Shown: one piece after another, positions 1-9,205 of the stretch
How positions within the stretch are numbered: the first letter of the stretch is position 1
How the letters are laid out: the number at the start of each line of letters is the position of its first letter
Origin: Candidatus Bathyarchaeota archaeon
GTDB taxonomy: Archaea; Thermoproteota; Bathyarchaeia; TCS64
Direction: 5' to 3'
DNA: 64,000 nucleotides
Assembly (NCBI GenBank): GCA_963771885.1
Contig: CAVYVF010000002.1
Location: forward strand, 32,001-96,000
Program-made: the position numbers and the translations under genes
Notes under the pieces: model-generated
Databases searched by the model: none
What the model was told of the DNA's origin: nothing
Seen by the model: only the letters and a program-made list of their open reading frames with translations

Positions 1-117
1 GAACACCTTAACAGCAAATGGAAGAAGAGAAAGGATGCCGAGAAGGCAATAGGCGAGGTAAAAGTCTACTTCGAGTTAATGGGAACCGGTGGCGACGAAC
101 ACAAAGAGTGGCTATAA
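1..117 (+). CDS. 3' end of a gene truncated by the window edge (hypothetical)
   Basis: Open frame 1 EHLNSKWKKRKDAEKAIGEVKVYFELMGTGGDEHKEWL ending at TAA 115-117. Confidence 0.45.
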   Translation, partial: EHLNSKWKKRKDAEKAIGEVKVYFELMGTGGDEHKEWL

Positions 118-271
118 CCTAACCCGCATTTGCAGGGGCGACAATCAAGTCGCGTGAAATCTTTGTTCACATGTTCTCGATGTGAGTCAAGGATTCTCAT
201 GTTTACCCTATGGCAATTTTTGGTGTGGAAACTATTTTCTAGTCGGTTGCAGACTTGAACGACGACACAAC

Positions 272-1168
272 ATGGTGGAAAAAAAGGCGGGCAAGGACGT
301 CGGCTACATCTTCATGAATCCCATGGTGGAGCGGAAGAAGAAGACCGTGAAGCCGGGCCAGACACACATCGACAACCACAGGTCTGGAACCATCGTCGCG
401 GAAAACAAAGAGAGCCCCTGGTACAAGGCGACGTACTACTCGCACGGGAGCATCCTGCAGGACTCAGCGGGCAAGCTCATCAGGCAGGCGGCGTTCGTCG
501 AGACGATAGACGCCGACGGCGACGTAACGTGGAGTATCCTCTGGGAGCCAAGCGACGGGAAGCCCACCTACCACTTCGTAGTCGGCACGGGGAAGTGGAA
601 GGGCATAGCCGGCGAGGCGGTCATCACGGGCACACAGCGCCGCGCCGACGAGGGCACGATGGCGAACTACGAGATAAGCTGGGAGATCGACGAGAAGAAC
701 GACCAGACCATACCCGCCTTCAACCCCAAGGGTCCATACACGAACAAGGCGTCTAGCCTCAGCTTCCACGGCCCCCACGTCACCGAGTCGATAAGGGAGC
801 TATCCAACGGACTCAAACTCATTATCAACACACAGATAGGTGTCCTGCTGCCCGAGGACCCAGCTGTTCAGAGCCCACGCGGCTACGCGGCAAGCAACGA
901 CAACGGGGTGACCGTGTGGAAAGATGGGGAGAGGCTCGCCGACGTGATGCTGCTCGAGGACTGCGACGCGGAGGGGGACATGTCGTGGCTCTGCCACGTC
1001 TGGTGGTACGCGAGGGGTCGCGGGTTGTACAAGTTCGTAGGAGGCACTGGGAAGTGGGAGGGCATCAGGGGTGAAGGAACCACGCTCCCCGCGATTCTCA
1101 AGCCTCGAACCGACGACTACCACTTCCTCAGGTCGGGGATACAGTGGAGGATAGACAACCCCAGCTGA
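272..1168 (+). CDS. hypothetical protein with two tandem beta-barrel (allene oxide cyclase/dirigent-like) repeats
   Basis: Internal repeat DADGDVTW...FVVGTGKWKGIAGE vs DAEGDMSW...FVGGTGKWEGIRGE; ATG at 272 chosen as start. Confidence 0.7.
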   Translation: MVEKKAGKDVGYIFMNPMVERKKKTVKPGQTHIDNHRSGTIVAENKESPWYKATYYSHGSILQDSAGKLIRQAAFVETIDADGDVTWSILWEPSDGKPTYHFVVGTGKWKGIAGEAVITGTQRRADEGTMANYEISWEIDEKNDQTIPAFNPKGPYTNKASSLSFHGPHVTESIRELSNGLKLIINTQIGVLLPEDPAVQSPRGYAASNDNGVTVWKDGERLADVMLLEDCDAEGDMSWLCHVWWYARGRGLYKFVGGTGKWEGIRGEGTTLPAILKPRTDDYHFLRSGIQWRIDNPS

Positions 1169-1305
1169 GAACGGGGATCGAATAAAGTACTAACACGGTT
1201 TCCGCCTTCAGCAGGAACGAGTTAACTGATATTAGAAGATTTGACTTTTCCAGTATCAACCCTGATGTGAACCGCGCGCGCCTATTCTAAGCCCTTGAAG
1301 CGCGC

Positions 1306-1434
1306 TCACATATCCCGTGATGGGTAATGCTTCTTCGTCCCGCGAACAGTCTTCAAAGCATCTTGTAGTTTATTGTCCCGCTTCTCGAATTCGGTAAATA
1401 ATCTGTAACCCTTCTTCTCCTCTTTGGTTTTCAA
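1306..1434 (-). CDS. possible 42-aa basic small protein
   Basis: TTG-start ORF MKTKEEKKGYRLFTEFEKRDNKLQDALKTVRGTKKHYPSRDM read manually; AT-rich TATA-like element ~25 nt upstream. Confidence 0.25.
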   Translation of the reverse strand: MKTKEEKKGYRLFTEFEKRDNKLQDALKTVRGTKKHYPSRDM

Positions 1435-1529
1435 CGGCTTATCTACTCCATGAATTATTTAGGAGGCGTAGTTAAAGAACCTACAAATTCGTATGGGAGG
1501 CCTTCGGATTCTTTTCTCAGGAGTATCCG

Positions 1530-1949
1530 CTAAAAGATCGTTACTTCACCCGTGGTGCCATTTACCTCGACTATGTCTCCAGTCTTTATCGCCTTAATCG
1601 GGTCCTCAGAAAGACGGTCCACCATGGGCATATCCTTGTCGTAGAATTTCTTCGCCATCAGGCCCCCGGCCGCAGTTATCGTCTCTATCTTCACGTTTAT
1701 GATGGCCGCCGGGGCGCAGCCGGTGCGAACAAGCTCGAGAACCACAGCCGCGCCCACGGTGGAGCCCCTGCCCTCAGGGTACACCAGCACCTTCCCCTTG
1801 ATGTTCTTCCCGTAGAGCTCATGCCACTTATCGATCACCAGACCAGTGGACGGATCCACGCCCCCAAAAAAGCCGAAAGGCTGAGTCGATACGAGAGCCT
1901 CACCCTTCGCGATCCCCTCGATTACGCCTCTCCCCATAATTTTCCTCAT
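1530..1949 (-). CDS. aconitase X small (swivel) subunit, DUF126
   Basis: GEALVS...FGGVDPSTG...GKVLVYPEGRGSTVG motifs; directly downstream of DUF521 gene. Confidence 0.9.
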   Translation of the reverse strand: MRKIMGRGVIEGIAKGEALVSTQPFGFFGGVDPSTGLVIDKWHELYGKNIKGKVLVYPEGRGSTVGAAVVLELVRTGCAPAAIINVKIETITAAGGLMAKKFYDKDMPMVDRLSEDPIKAIKTGDIVEVNGTTGEVTIF

Positions 1950-1963
1950 AATCACCCATCTCC

Positions 1964-3199
1964 CTACTTCGACAGCCTGCCTGAAACCGCGGCCTCCACA
2001 CACTCATCCACACCGGCGAATATGATCTCCGTGCGACACTCCGCTGGACCATAATAACTGCATTTCCCGGAGTCCGTCATCATCGTTCTGAAGTTCCAGT
2101 TCGCTATAGGCGATATGACCATGCACGTCTCCGCGCGGATCACGACGCCGGCCTCCTCAAGCGACTTGCGCAGACCCATCTTCTCCGCAAGGTCGATGGC
2201 GTAGCTGTTTGCGTAGATCCAGAAGTTAGTGCCCGGGTTCACCCTACGCCCGTTGAGTAACCTATGGACGTTAACAATCTCATTTATCGTATACTGCGGG
2301 CACCCCAGAGCGACGAAGTCAATCTCGTCTCCCTTGTAGGTGCACATAGAATTGCGCGTCTTCAACAAGTCCTCGGCCGTGACGACGAATTCATCGACCG
2401 GCTTCTTAGGTCCGAAGGCTTCCTCCAGCGTCCTGGCTTCGGGCGTCACCCCGACGATGTGGAGCAGGGTCACGGAGCCCGAGGCCGCCGCGGCGGCGCA
2501 GAGAGACTTTAGACTCTCATGCTTCGGGGCACCCTTCATCCCATCGACGACGCCGATGCGGCTGCCGAGCCTCTTACCAAGGAGATAGCCGAGGGCAGGG
2601 TACTCCCACGACTTCAACTCCCTATCCACGTTGAGATGTATGAGAACCTCACCGTAACGGTTTTCCTGGAGGTGAAGACCCGTCTCAGGCACCTTCCCCA
2701 GGATGCCGCAGCATATGTCGACGATCGCCGTCTGCCTGTTTGTCCTCGCGCCTATTACCGTGTTTGCGTAGGCGACCGCGGATGACTCCGACCATGCGAG
2801 GTGGTCTCCGAACCGGGGCGCGTTGAACCCATAGTAGGGGGTGCACGTCCAGACGGGTATCACACCCATCTTCATCACGGCTTCCTCGAGCCTTATCTGC
2901 TGCTTCGCATAGCTTTCAGGGGTTTTCGCGCCCCTCCAGTCCTCCGCATCCATCCCATAGGGGTCGATGGTCGTGGGCACGATGAACTTGCCACCCATCT
3001 CCGCTATCTTGACGGCAGCGTCTACACCCGCGTCGAAGGCACTCTTATACGCGTGAAGAACGAGGTGGACACTCTGAATTGGAATTAATCGCTCGGCTTC
3101 GTTGATCTCGCCGACTTTCTTCATAATCTCCATGGCCAGCTTCGGAGCCTCGCCCTCAGCTCCCTCTAAAATCGCTTTTTCCTGCTCGGTTAGATGCAT
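1964..3199 (-). CDS. aconitase X large (catalytic, Fe-S) subunit, DUF521
   Basis: MHLTEQEKAILEG start, WTCTPY, AWSESSAVAYANTVIGARTNR, LGCP, TCMVISP motifs. Confidence 0.9.
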   Translation of the reverse strand: MHLTEQEKAILEGAEGEAPKLAMEIMKKVGEINEAERLIPIQSVHLVLHAYKSAFDAGVDAAVKIAEMGGKFIVPTTIDPYGMDAEDWRGAKTPESYAKQQIRLEEAVMKMGVIPVWTCTPYYGFNAPRFGDHLAWSESSAVAYANTVIGARTNRQTAIVDICCGILGKVPETGLHLQENRYGEVLIHLNVDRELKSWEYPALGYLLGKRLGSRIGVVDGMKGAPKHESLKSLCAAAAASGSVTLLHIVGVTPEARTLEEAFGPKKPVDEFVVTAEDLLKTRNSMCTYKGDEIDFVALGCPQYTINEIVNVHRLLNGRRVNPGTNFWIYANSYAIDLAEKMGLRKSLEEAGVVIRAETCMVISPIANWNFRTMMTDSGKCSYYGPAECRTEIIFAGVDECVEAAVSGRLSK

Positions 3200-3220
3200 C
3201 CTGACGCCCCTTCCTAGTTA

Positions 3221-3297
3221 TCCCCGGAATATTCTATTAAAAGCTCCTGATATGCGAATTGTCCCAGGGATTTCAGTCCCTTCTATCCCGGGGACTG
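3221..3297. promoter_or_regulatory. three TCCC-N-GG(G/A)A palindromic boxes around the aconitase X promoter (candidate operator)
   Basis: TCCCCGGAA 3221-3229, TCCCAGGGA 3262-3270 and TCCCGGGGA 3286-3294 flank a minus-strand TTTTAATA box at ~3235-3242. Confidence 0.45.
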
Positions 3298-3455
3298 TAA
3301 GGTTTTTTACCCGAACTCACCGCGTGCTGGCCTGTCATTCTCCCGCGGATGCCTCCACACTCCACAACACCTTATACATGAAAAGAAGGCAACCCTAGCA
3401 AGGGTTATTTTTCATACCTCAACCCCTTTAAACGCGGCCACCCCGATGCAGCCCC

Positions 3456-3977
3456 ATGGGAAACGATGGCACGTGGGGAAGCCTATACAGCAACTACGTT
3501 AAACTCGCAATCGAGAAAGGCGCATCCGATGCGAAGGCCATCCTCGCCACATCTATAAAGACGGCTAGCTGGACCCGGCTCAGGTGCCAGTACGGCTGCC
3601 CCCGTTACAACACGAACCTCTGCTGCCCTCCATACACACCAACAGCGGAGGAGACCCAGAAAGCGATAGATGACTACGATTACGCCCTACTCATCAAGTT
3701 CACATCGATGGCCGATGTGAAGAAAGCTATGCCGGAGATTGAGCGCGCCATATTCCTAGACGGCAAATACAAGGCATTCAGCTTCAAGGCGGGTAGCTGC
3801 GCCTTCTGCGAGAAGTGCAACTTAAAGAACTGCGTACACCCAGCCCAGGCACGGCCAACGATGGAAGCATCTGGCATCGACGTCTATGAGACGGTTAGGA
3901 GGAACGGCTTCACTGTCGAGGTCCTCAAGGACAAGGATTGCCAGGGCAGCTTCTTCGGGCTTGTGCTGATTGAATAA
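3456..3977 (+). CDS. DUF2284 predicted metal-binding protein
   Basis: RCQYGCPRYNTNLCCPP, GSCAFCEKC...CVHP...ARPTMEASGIDV motifs. Confidence 0.85.
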   Translation: MGNDGTWGSLYSNYVKLAIEKGASDAKAILATSIKTASWTRLRCQYGCPRYNTNLCCPPYTPTAEETQKAIDDYDYALLIKFTSMADVKKAMPEIERAIFLDGKYKAFSFKAGSCAFCEKCNLKNCVHPAQARPTMEASGIDVYETVRRNGFTVEVLKDKDCQGSFFGLVLIE

Positions 3978-4074
3978 TCTCATCACTTACTCTGGAGCGT
4001 CGGCGAGGCAAGAGCCTGAGTAGTAATCGATCCCAGATTTAAGAACCCCCGTTCACACCCAACGATCGACCCTA

Positions 4075-4471
4075 ATGGACCCAACAATCATACATTTTGA
4101 GATACCCGCCGAGAACCTACGAGAAGCTCAAGGGCTTCTACGAGAAGGTCTTTGGCTGGAAGATCGTGAAGCACCCTCCCGTGCCAGGCGTCGATATGGA
4201 ATACTGGAGCATCCAGACTGTACCAATAGACGAGAAGGGGATGCTCCTCCGCCCCGGCGTCAACGGAGGCATGTACAAGAAGGAAATGGCGGGAGCCATC
4301 CCTGTCAGCTACGTCGCTGTCGAAGACATAGACCGCGCCCTCAAGGAAGCAAAGAGGCTCGGTGCTAAAATCGTCAGCGACAAAGCCGAGATACCAACTA
4401 TCGGCAAGTTCGCAATCGTCCTCGACCCAGAGGGAAACCCCATCGGAATAATGCAGCCAGCCATGATATAG
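4075..4471 (+). CDS. VOC/glyoxalase family protein (one +1 frameshift near 4117)
   Basis: MDPTIIHFEIPAEN joins YEKLKGFYEKVFGW...GVNGG...DPEGNPIG in another frame. Confidence 0.85.
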
Positions 4472-4528
4472 GATGCAGAATCTTCACGTGCAACATTCTA
4501 AATAGTAGTTTTATCGAAAGAAACAACT

Positions 4529-5470
4529 ATGAAGCTAGGATTTTATACGAACTACGACGAGAAGACCGTCGAATTCGCGCACAAAGTCGGGTTCCGGAGC
4601 ATGGAGCTCTCGGCGTGGCCCGACTCGAGCCTGAACGCCGACAATGTGACTGACAGGCGCATAAAGGAGGTCAAGAAGGACCTCGCGGCGCACGATATCG
4701 AGATATCGGCGCTGGGCTACTACCCTAACTACCTCGACCCGAACCCGAAGCACGCCAAGGAGGCGATCAGGTACTTCGGCAAGGTCATGGAACTCGCCAC
4801 GCGGATGGATGTGGATGTAGTGTGCACATTCGCTGGGAGGAATATGCCTATGTCGATCAAGGAGAACATCCCGCTCTTCGAGAAGGTCTTCACACCCTTC
4901 TGCGCCGAAGCTGAGAAGCGGAGCATAAAGATCGCCATCGAGAACTGCCCAATGATGGACAGATTCTACCTCCGAGGCGAGAACATCGCAATCAGCCCCG
5001 AAGTCTGGGACGAGATGTACAAAGTCGTCAAGAGCAAGGCGCTCGGCATCGAACTCGACCCCAGCCACATGATCTGGCAAGGCATCGATTACGTGCAAGC
5101 CATATACGACTACGGCGACCGCATCTTCCACATACACGCCAAGGACATGGAGATCAACCAGAAGGTGTTGAAACGCGTCGGCATCATCGGCCAGTGCTTC
5201 GGCGAGACAGTGGGCCTCGGCCACGGCTGGTGGCGGGCACGCCTCCCCGGCTGGGGCCTCATGGACTGGCCCAAATTCCTCACCGCCCTCATCGAGGTCG
5301 GCTACAAGGGCAACATCGACATCGAGCACGAAGACGACGTCTTCGCCGCCGCCTACGCTAAGGAACACATAGAGACCGAGTCCGGCATCGTTGAGAAGTA
5401 CGGCCGCGAGGAAAAGGGACTCATCCTAGGCTACAACTACCTCTCCAAGATCATGCCCGTCGAGGAATAA
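4529..5470 (+). CDS. sugar phosphate isomerase/epimerase (xylose-isomerase-like TIM barrel)
   Basis: IAIENCP, ELDPSH, HIHAKD, DIEHED metal-binding motifs. Confidence 0.88.
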   Translation: MKLGFYTNYDEKTVEFAHKVGFRSMELSAWPDSSLNADNVTDRRIKEVKKDLAAHDIEISALGYYPNYLDPNPKHAKEAIRYFGKVMELATRMDVDVVCTFAGRNMPMSIKENIPLFEKVFTPFCAEAEKRSIKIAIENCPMMDRFYLRGENIAISPEVWDEMYKVVKSKALGIELDPSHMIWQGIDYVQAIYDYGDRIFHIHAKDMEINQKVLKRVGIIGQCFGETVGLGHGWWRARLPGWGLMDWPKFLTALIEVGYKGNIDIEHEDDVFAAAYAKEHIETESGIVEKYGREEKGLILGYNYLSKIMPVEE

Positions 5471-5554
5471 CCCCCTTCTTAGAAGGTATACACGCCACTC
5501 GGTAAACACCTAAATCCTGGGAAACAATAGACTACCTACCCGAGGGATCTACGC

Positions 5555-6025
5555 GTGATAGGGCCGATACAGGTTGACATTCTCGAGCGCCTACACATGG
5601 CGCCAAACGGTCTACCCGTCATCGAGCTCCTGCGGAACTACCGCTACAAGCAGGGAGGCGAGAGGAGCCTCGCGAGCCTCCAGCGCGCAGGCTACATAAG
5701 AGTCACCAATGGCCTCGCCCACTTCGAGAGGTACCCCGAAGAGATGCAGCCACGCGTAACCATCAAGACCTACTCCCCCGAGCAGCTCAACGAACTCGAC
5801 GACATGAGCCGCATGAACCTCCTCTACCTATACCAGGACGAGTTGGCAAAGTACAAGGACGGCGTCGTCCCAGCCAGCGCACTACCAACGGGAGTTAAAA
5901 AGAGCCTCCAACACCTAGGCGTGATAAAATGGAAGATACTTGAGCTGACTGACCTAGGGCGCAGACTCCTCGGAGAGATACTCTCTCGGTCGACAGCGCC
6001 GATGCCCGCATTAGTCGGCTACTAA
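5555..6025 (+). CDS. hypothetical protein, probable tandem winged-helix domains
   Basis: LASLQRAGYIRV and SLQHLGVIKW..LELTDLGRRLL wHTH-like endings. Confidence 0.55.
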   Translation: MIGPIQVDILERLHMAPNGLPVIELLRNYRYKQGGERSLASLQRAGYIRVTNGLAHFERYPEEMQPRVTIKTYSPEQLNELDDMSRMNLLYLYQDELAKYKDGVVPASALPTGVKKSLQHLGVIKWKILELTDLGRRLLGEILSRSTAPMPALVGY

Positions 6026-6127
6026 AACAACGGTGAACCAGAGAGATTCCTCTCCCCGTTTTCATCGAAATAAAATCAATAAGCGATTCTTAGCGGTTTT
6101 ACCCGCTCGAAAGGCTCACGTTGTGGC

Positions 6128-6298
6128 TTAGTACCTTCTCGGTGGTCTGTGCTTGGCGAAGCACTCTTGACAGTAGACCGGACGGCCCTCTGTCGGCTTG
6201 AAGGGGACTTCTGTCTCCTTTCCACAGTCAGAGCACGTTACCTTGTGCATCTCGCGTGGTCCACTACGGTCAAAGCTACGCCTTTCTCTATAACCCAT
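6128..6298 (-). CDS. CxxC-x17-CxxC domain small zinc-binding protein (56 aa; not in ORF track)
   Basis: Manual translation MGYRERRSFDRSGPREMHKVTCSDCGKETEVPFKPTEGRPVYCQECFAKHRPPRRY; AAGGAGTGA ribosome-binding site upstream. Confidence 0.92.
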   Translation of the reverse strand: MGYRERRSFDRSGPREMHKVTCSDCGKETEVPFKPTEGRPVYCQECFAKHRPPRRY

Positions 6299-6385
6299 TT
6301 CATTCACTCCTTGTTCAGTATAACGGTCACCGTTTAGGTAGCCACTATACGCGTTATCGGATACTTTCGCTGGTTTTAAAGGTAT

Positions 6386-7609
6386 TTATTTGTTAAAGCG
6401 AGGTTTCCTGCTTCTCATCCTACTCACCCTGTCTACTATCCTCTTTAACCCCTCATAGTCAGCATGGAGGAAGTCGGCGTCGCTGAGGCCCTTGAGGTCC
6501 TCTGGGACGACTCCCTTTGCCTTCGCCTTCTTCAGCCTGTTCCTGAGCTGAGCCGCCTGCGAGATGACCTTCCTACGTTCGACGTTGGCGGGTGGGTCCT
6601 GGACGAGCTCGCTCATCAGGTAGGCTTCCTCGCGTGTGCCGATGGGTGTGACGTATGAGGCGTCGTCGGGGATACCTGCGAAGGACGGGTCGTGAGGCTC
6701 CTGCTGGTACCAGTAAGCGAGGCTTGAGTAGTCCTGCTGGAGCATATTGCAGTTGCCGTGCTCGATCTGGACACTGATGCTCTCCGTAAAGGGAATGGGG
6801 TCGGGGATGTGTAAGCGGTAAGCACAGTATTTGCTGTGCATCTTATCGCCAACAGTTAGGCCGTGGAACGGCGCGCTGAAGGGGCCGTTCTCCCAGTACC
6901 AGCCACCCTGGAAGTAGTCCTCGGTGCCTGTGCCCCTGATACTTGGCTCCTTCTCGCCATCGACCCAGATCATCTCGTCACCCTCCAGCATCTGGCGGCT
7001 CCCCTTGTCGTACTCCTGCATGCTGAGGACGACACCGCAGTAGTGGCCGCGGCCTTTTGCTTCGAGGATGGTGTAGTTCTTGTCCTGTGTAGTGGGGTTT
7101 TCTCGTCTCCACTTGGCGTGGAAGCGAGGGGTGTCCTTAGAGACGTCGGTCTCGTGAATCTGTATACCATAGTAGAGGTGAGATACATCGACGTCCCCGA
7201 TGTTGCGCGCCTCGAAGCGGGCGCCCTTTGTGAAGGGCATGGGCCAGTAGCTGTAGAAGCCGCCGCTCGTCACGCCCTGTATGAGGCTCATGTTCTGGGC
7301 GTACTCGCTGAAGCCTACGCCGAAGAAGTCGCCGAAAGGCGTCTCGACGCTAGGGTTCTCCTCCCCATCCCAGTAGAAGCGGAGGATGAGCTTACGATAG
7401 ACGTCCTTATCGGGGCACATGACAGTAAACCACAACCTACTCACCCAGCCGGGACCGTCTATCTTCCCCAACTGCACCGTCTCCCCCGCGGGGATGGGTA
7501 CAAAGTCGAGGTTGCCTCCCGACGAGTCACTGCTGGATAGCTGCCGCGTCTTCCACTTCTTGAGACCAGGGAGGTCGCCCGCCCCGAAGCCGCCTATACC
7601 TGAGAACAT
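6386..7609 (-). CDS. DUF2961 / glycoside hydrolase family 172-like protein
   Basis: LRFYWDGEENPSVETPFGDFFG, SYWPMPF, LEGDEMIWVDGE, GTGTEDYFQGGW, YRLHIPDPIPF. Confidence 0.88.
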   Translation of the reverse strand: MFSGIGGFGAGDLPGLKKWKTRQLSSSDSSGGNLDFVPIPAGETVQLGKIDGPGWVSRLWFTVMCPDKDVYRKLILRFYWDGEENPSVETPFGDFFGVGFSEYAQNMSLIQGVTSGGFYSYWPMPFTKGARFEARNIGDVDVSHLYYGIQIHETDVSKDTPRFHAKWRRENPTTQDKNYTILEAKGRGHYCGVVLSMQEYDKGSRQMLEGDEMIWVDGEKEPSIRGTGTEDYFQGGWYWENGPFSAPFHGLTVGDKMHSKYCAYRLHIPDPIPFTESISVQIEHGNCNMLQQDYSSLAYWYQQEPHDPSFAGIPDDASYVTPIGTREEAYLMSELVQDPPANVERRKVISQAAQLRNRLKKAKAKGVVPEDLKGLSDADFLHADYEGLKRIVDRVSRMRSRKPRFNK

Positions 7610-7841
7610 GGTGGAGGATCAAGCCCTCCACTTTTGAAGTTTTACACTCCTTCTATTCACGTGACCACCGTTCAAGCACTCTAGGAATATGCAAATAGGG
7701 CGCTTATTCCGATCTGCAATCCTTTTTATGCTTAAGCGACCATATTTAATCATACACCCGGGTCTGCCGGGTTATTCGACTTGTATCTCGTAGTACGTCT
7801 TAGCGGAGCATAGACTGACTGCAGGGGAGGTGAAAGAAGGA

Positions 7842-7970
7842 TTGGATAAAACAGTAGTCGTGTGTACAAAATGCGCGAACAAGTTCGAGACAAACTCGCC
7901 GTTCCCCAAGACGACGTGCCCGGTCTGCCACTTCAAGACTGACGTAAAGAAGGCGGTAGTGACCGCCTAG
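7842..7970 (+). CDS. 42-aa zinc-ribbon microprotein (CxxC-x14-CxxC; not in ORF track)
   Basis: TTG start after GGAGGTGA SD; MDKTVVVCTKCANKFETNSPFPKTTCPVCHFKTDVKKAVVTA. Confidence 0.75.
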   Translation: MDKTVVVCTKCANKFETNSPFPKTTCPVCHFKTDVKKAVVTA

Positions 7971-7988
7971 ACTGCGTGAGTGGCTGGC

Positions 7989-9161
7989 TTACTCGAAGCC
8001 GTGCCACATCCTCTCGAAGACGCGCACGGCCTCCTCCCTATTCATGCTCCTCGGATTTATGCTGAGGAGCCTTCCAATTCTCATAGTCTCGTCGGCCATC
8101 TTGGGTATCTCGTCGTGTTTAGCTCCTAACTCCTCAAGGCTCAGGGGGATGCCGAGGTCGTGGTTGAGGCGAGCGACGGCGTTAACCGCCTCGTACGCCG
8201 CCTCGCGCGGGTGCATGCCGCTGGTGTCCTCTCCGAGTGCCTCGGCGACGTCAGCGAGCCTCTCAGGTATGGCGAGCATGTTGTACTCCATGATGAAGGG
8301 AAGCGCCATAGCGCAGGTGAAGCCGTGTGGCAGCGACTTCATGACGGCGAAGCCATAGGCGAGGGCGTGCCCACCACAGGTGCTCGAGTTAGCTATTGAT
8401 AGTCCGCCGAGCATGCTGCCCATCGCCATGTGTGCGCGTGCCTCGATGTTGCCGCCCTGCGCGTAGGCGAGGCGTATGTTGTCGGAGATGAGCCTCATCG
8501 ACTGTAAGGCGACGGCGTCCGCGAACGTGTTATTCTTCTGGCTCATGTATGCCTCGATGGCGTGGCTCAGGGCGTCCATGCCTGTGTTGGCCGTGACGCG
8601 CTGGGGAAGACTAACTGTGAGGGCGGGGTCGACTAGGGCGGTGTCGGGCATGATGAAGGGATGGGTTATCCCCGTCTTCATCTCCTTGTGGGTGACAACC
8701 AGCGTGGCTGTGGCCTCGCTGCCCGTGCCGCTAGTAGTAGGTATGGCAAGGAGCGGGATGCCCCTCTTCCCGGGTGCGGTGCCCTCGACGTAGCCCCTGA
8801 AGTCGCCAGGGTTCACCTTCATCAGCGCGGCGACCTTTGCCATGTCGAGGCTGCTGCCTCCGCCGAGCCCGATGACGGAGTCGTAGTCCTTCTCCCTCAC
8901 GAACTTCGTCAACGCCTCGGCGACGGGCATCGTCGGCTCCGGCTCCACCTTGTCCCATACGTCGACATCGAATCCCTCAGAGCTGAGGGGGCCGAGCACC
9001 CTGTCCGCTATCTTGAGCTTGACCACGGTCTCATCCGTGACCAGAAGCACCTTCTTACCACCTAGCATCTTCGCCTCATCCGCCACCTTGTCGACGGCAC
9101 CTGCGCCGAAGAGCGTTTTGCGGGGGGCGAGAAGCGTCCTTAGAACTCCCATGTCAGCCAT
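7989..9161 (-). CDS. iron-containing alcohol dehydrogenase
   Basis: GLGGGSSLDMAK, IPTTSGTGSE, GMDALSHAIEAY, HALAY, PHG. Confidence 0.93.
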   Translation of the reverse strand: MADMGVLRTLLAPRKTLFGAGAVDKVADEAKMLGGKKVLLVTDETVVKLKIADRVLGPLSSEGFDVDVWDKVEPEPTMPVAEALTKFVREKDYDSVIGLGGGSSLDMAKVAALMKVNPGDFRGYVEGTAPGKRGIPLLAIPTTSGTGSEATATLVVTHKEMKTGITHPFIMPDTALVDPALTVSLPQRVTANTGMDALSHAIEAYMSQKNNTFADAVALQSMRLISDNIRLAYAQGGNIEARAHMAMGSMLGGLSIANSSTCGGHALAYGFAVMKSLPHGFTCAMALPFIMEYNMLAIPERLADVAEALGEDTSGMHPREAAYEAVNAVARLNHDLGIPLSLEELGAKHDEIPKMADETMRIGRLLSINPRSMNREEAVRVFERMWHGFE

Positions 9162-9205
9162 GGCTCTCTCAGGTTCTAGCAGGGGCAGCGGTTATTTCTC
9201 GTTTG

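Noticed and set aside
4535..5368. 277-aa antisense ORF, and many similar shadow ORFs in the track
   Set aside because: Lies exactly opposite a well-supported gene; expected from the strong third-position G/C codon bias
6149..6337. 62-aa plus-strand ORF
   Set aside because: Antisense shadow of the CxxC-x17-CxxC gene
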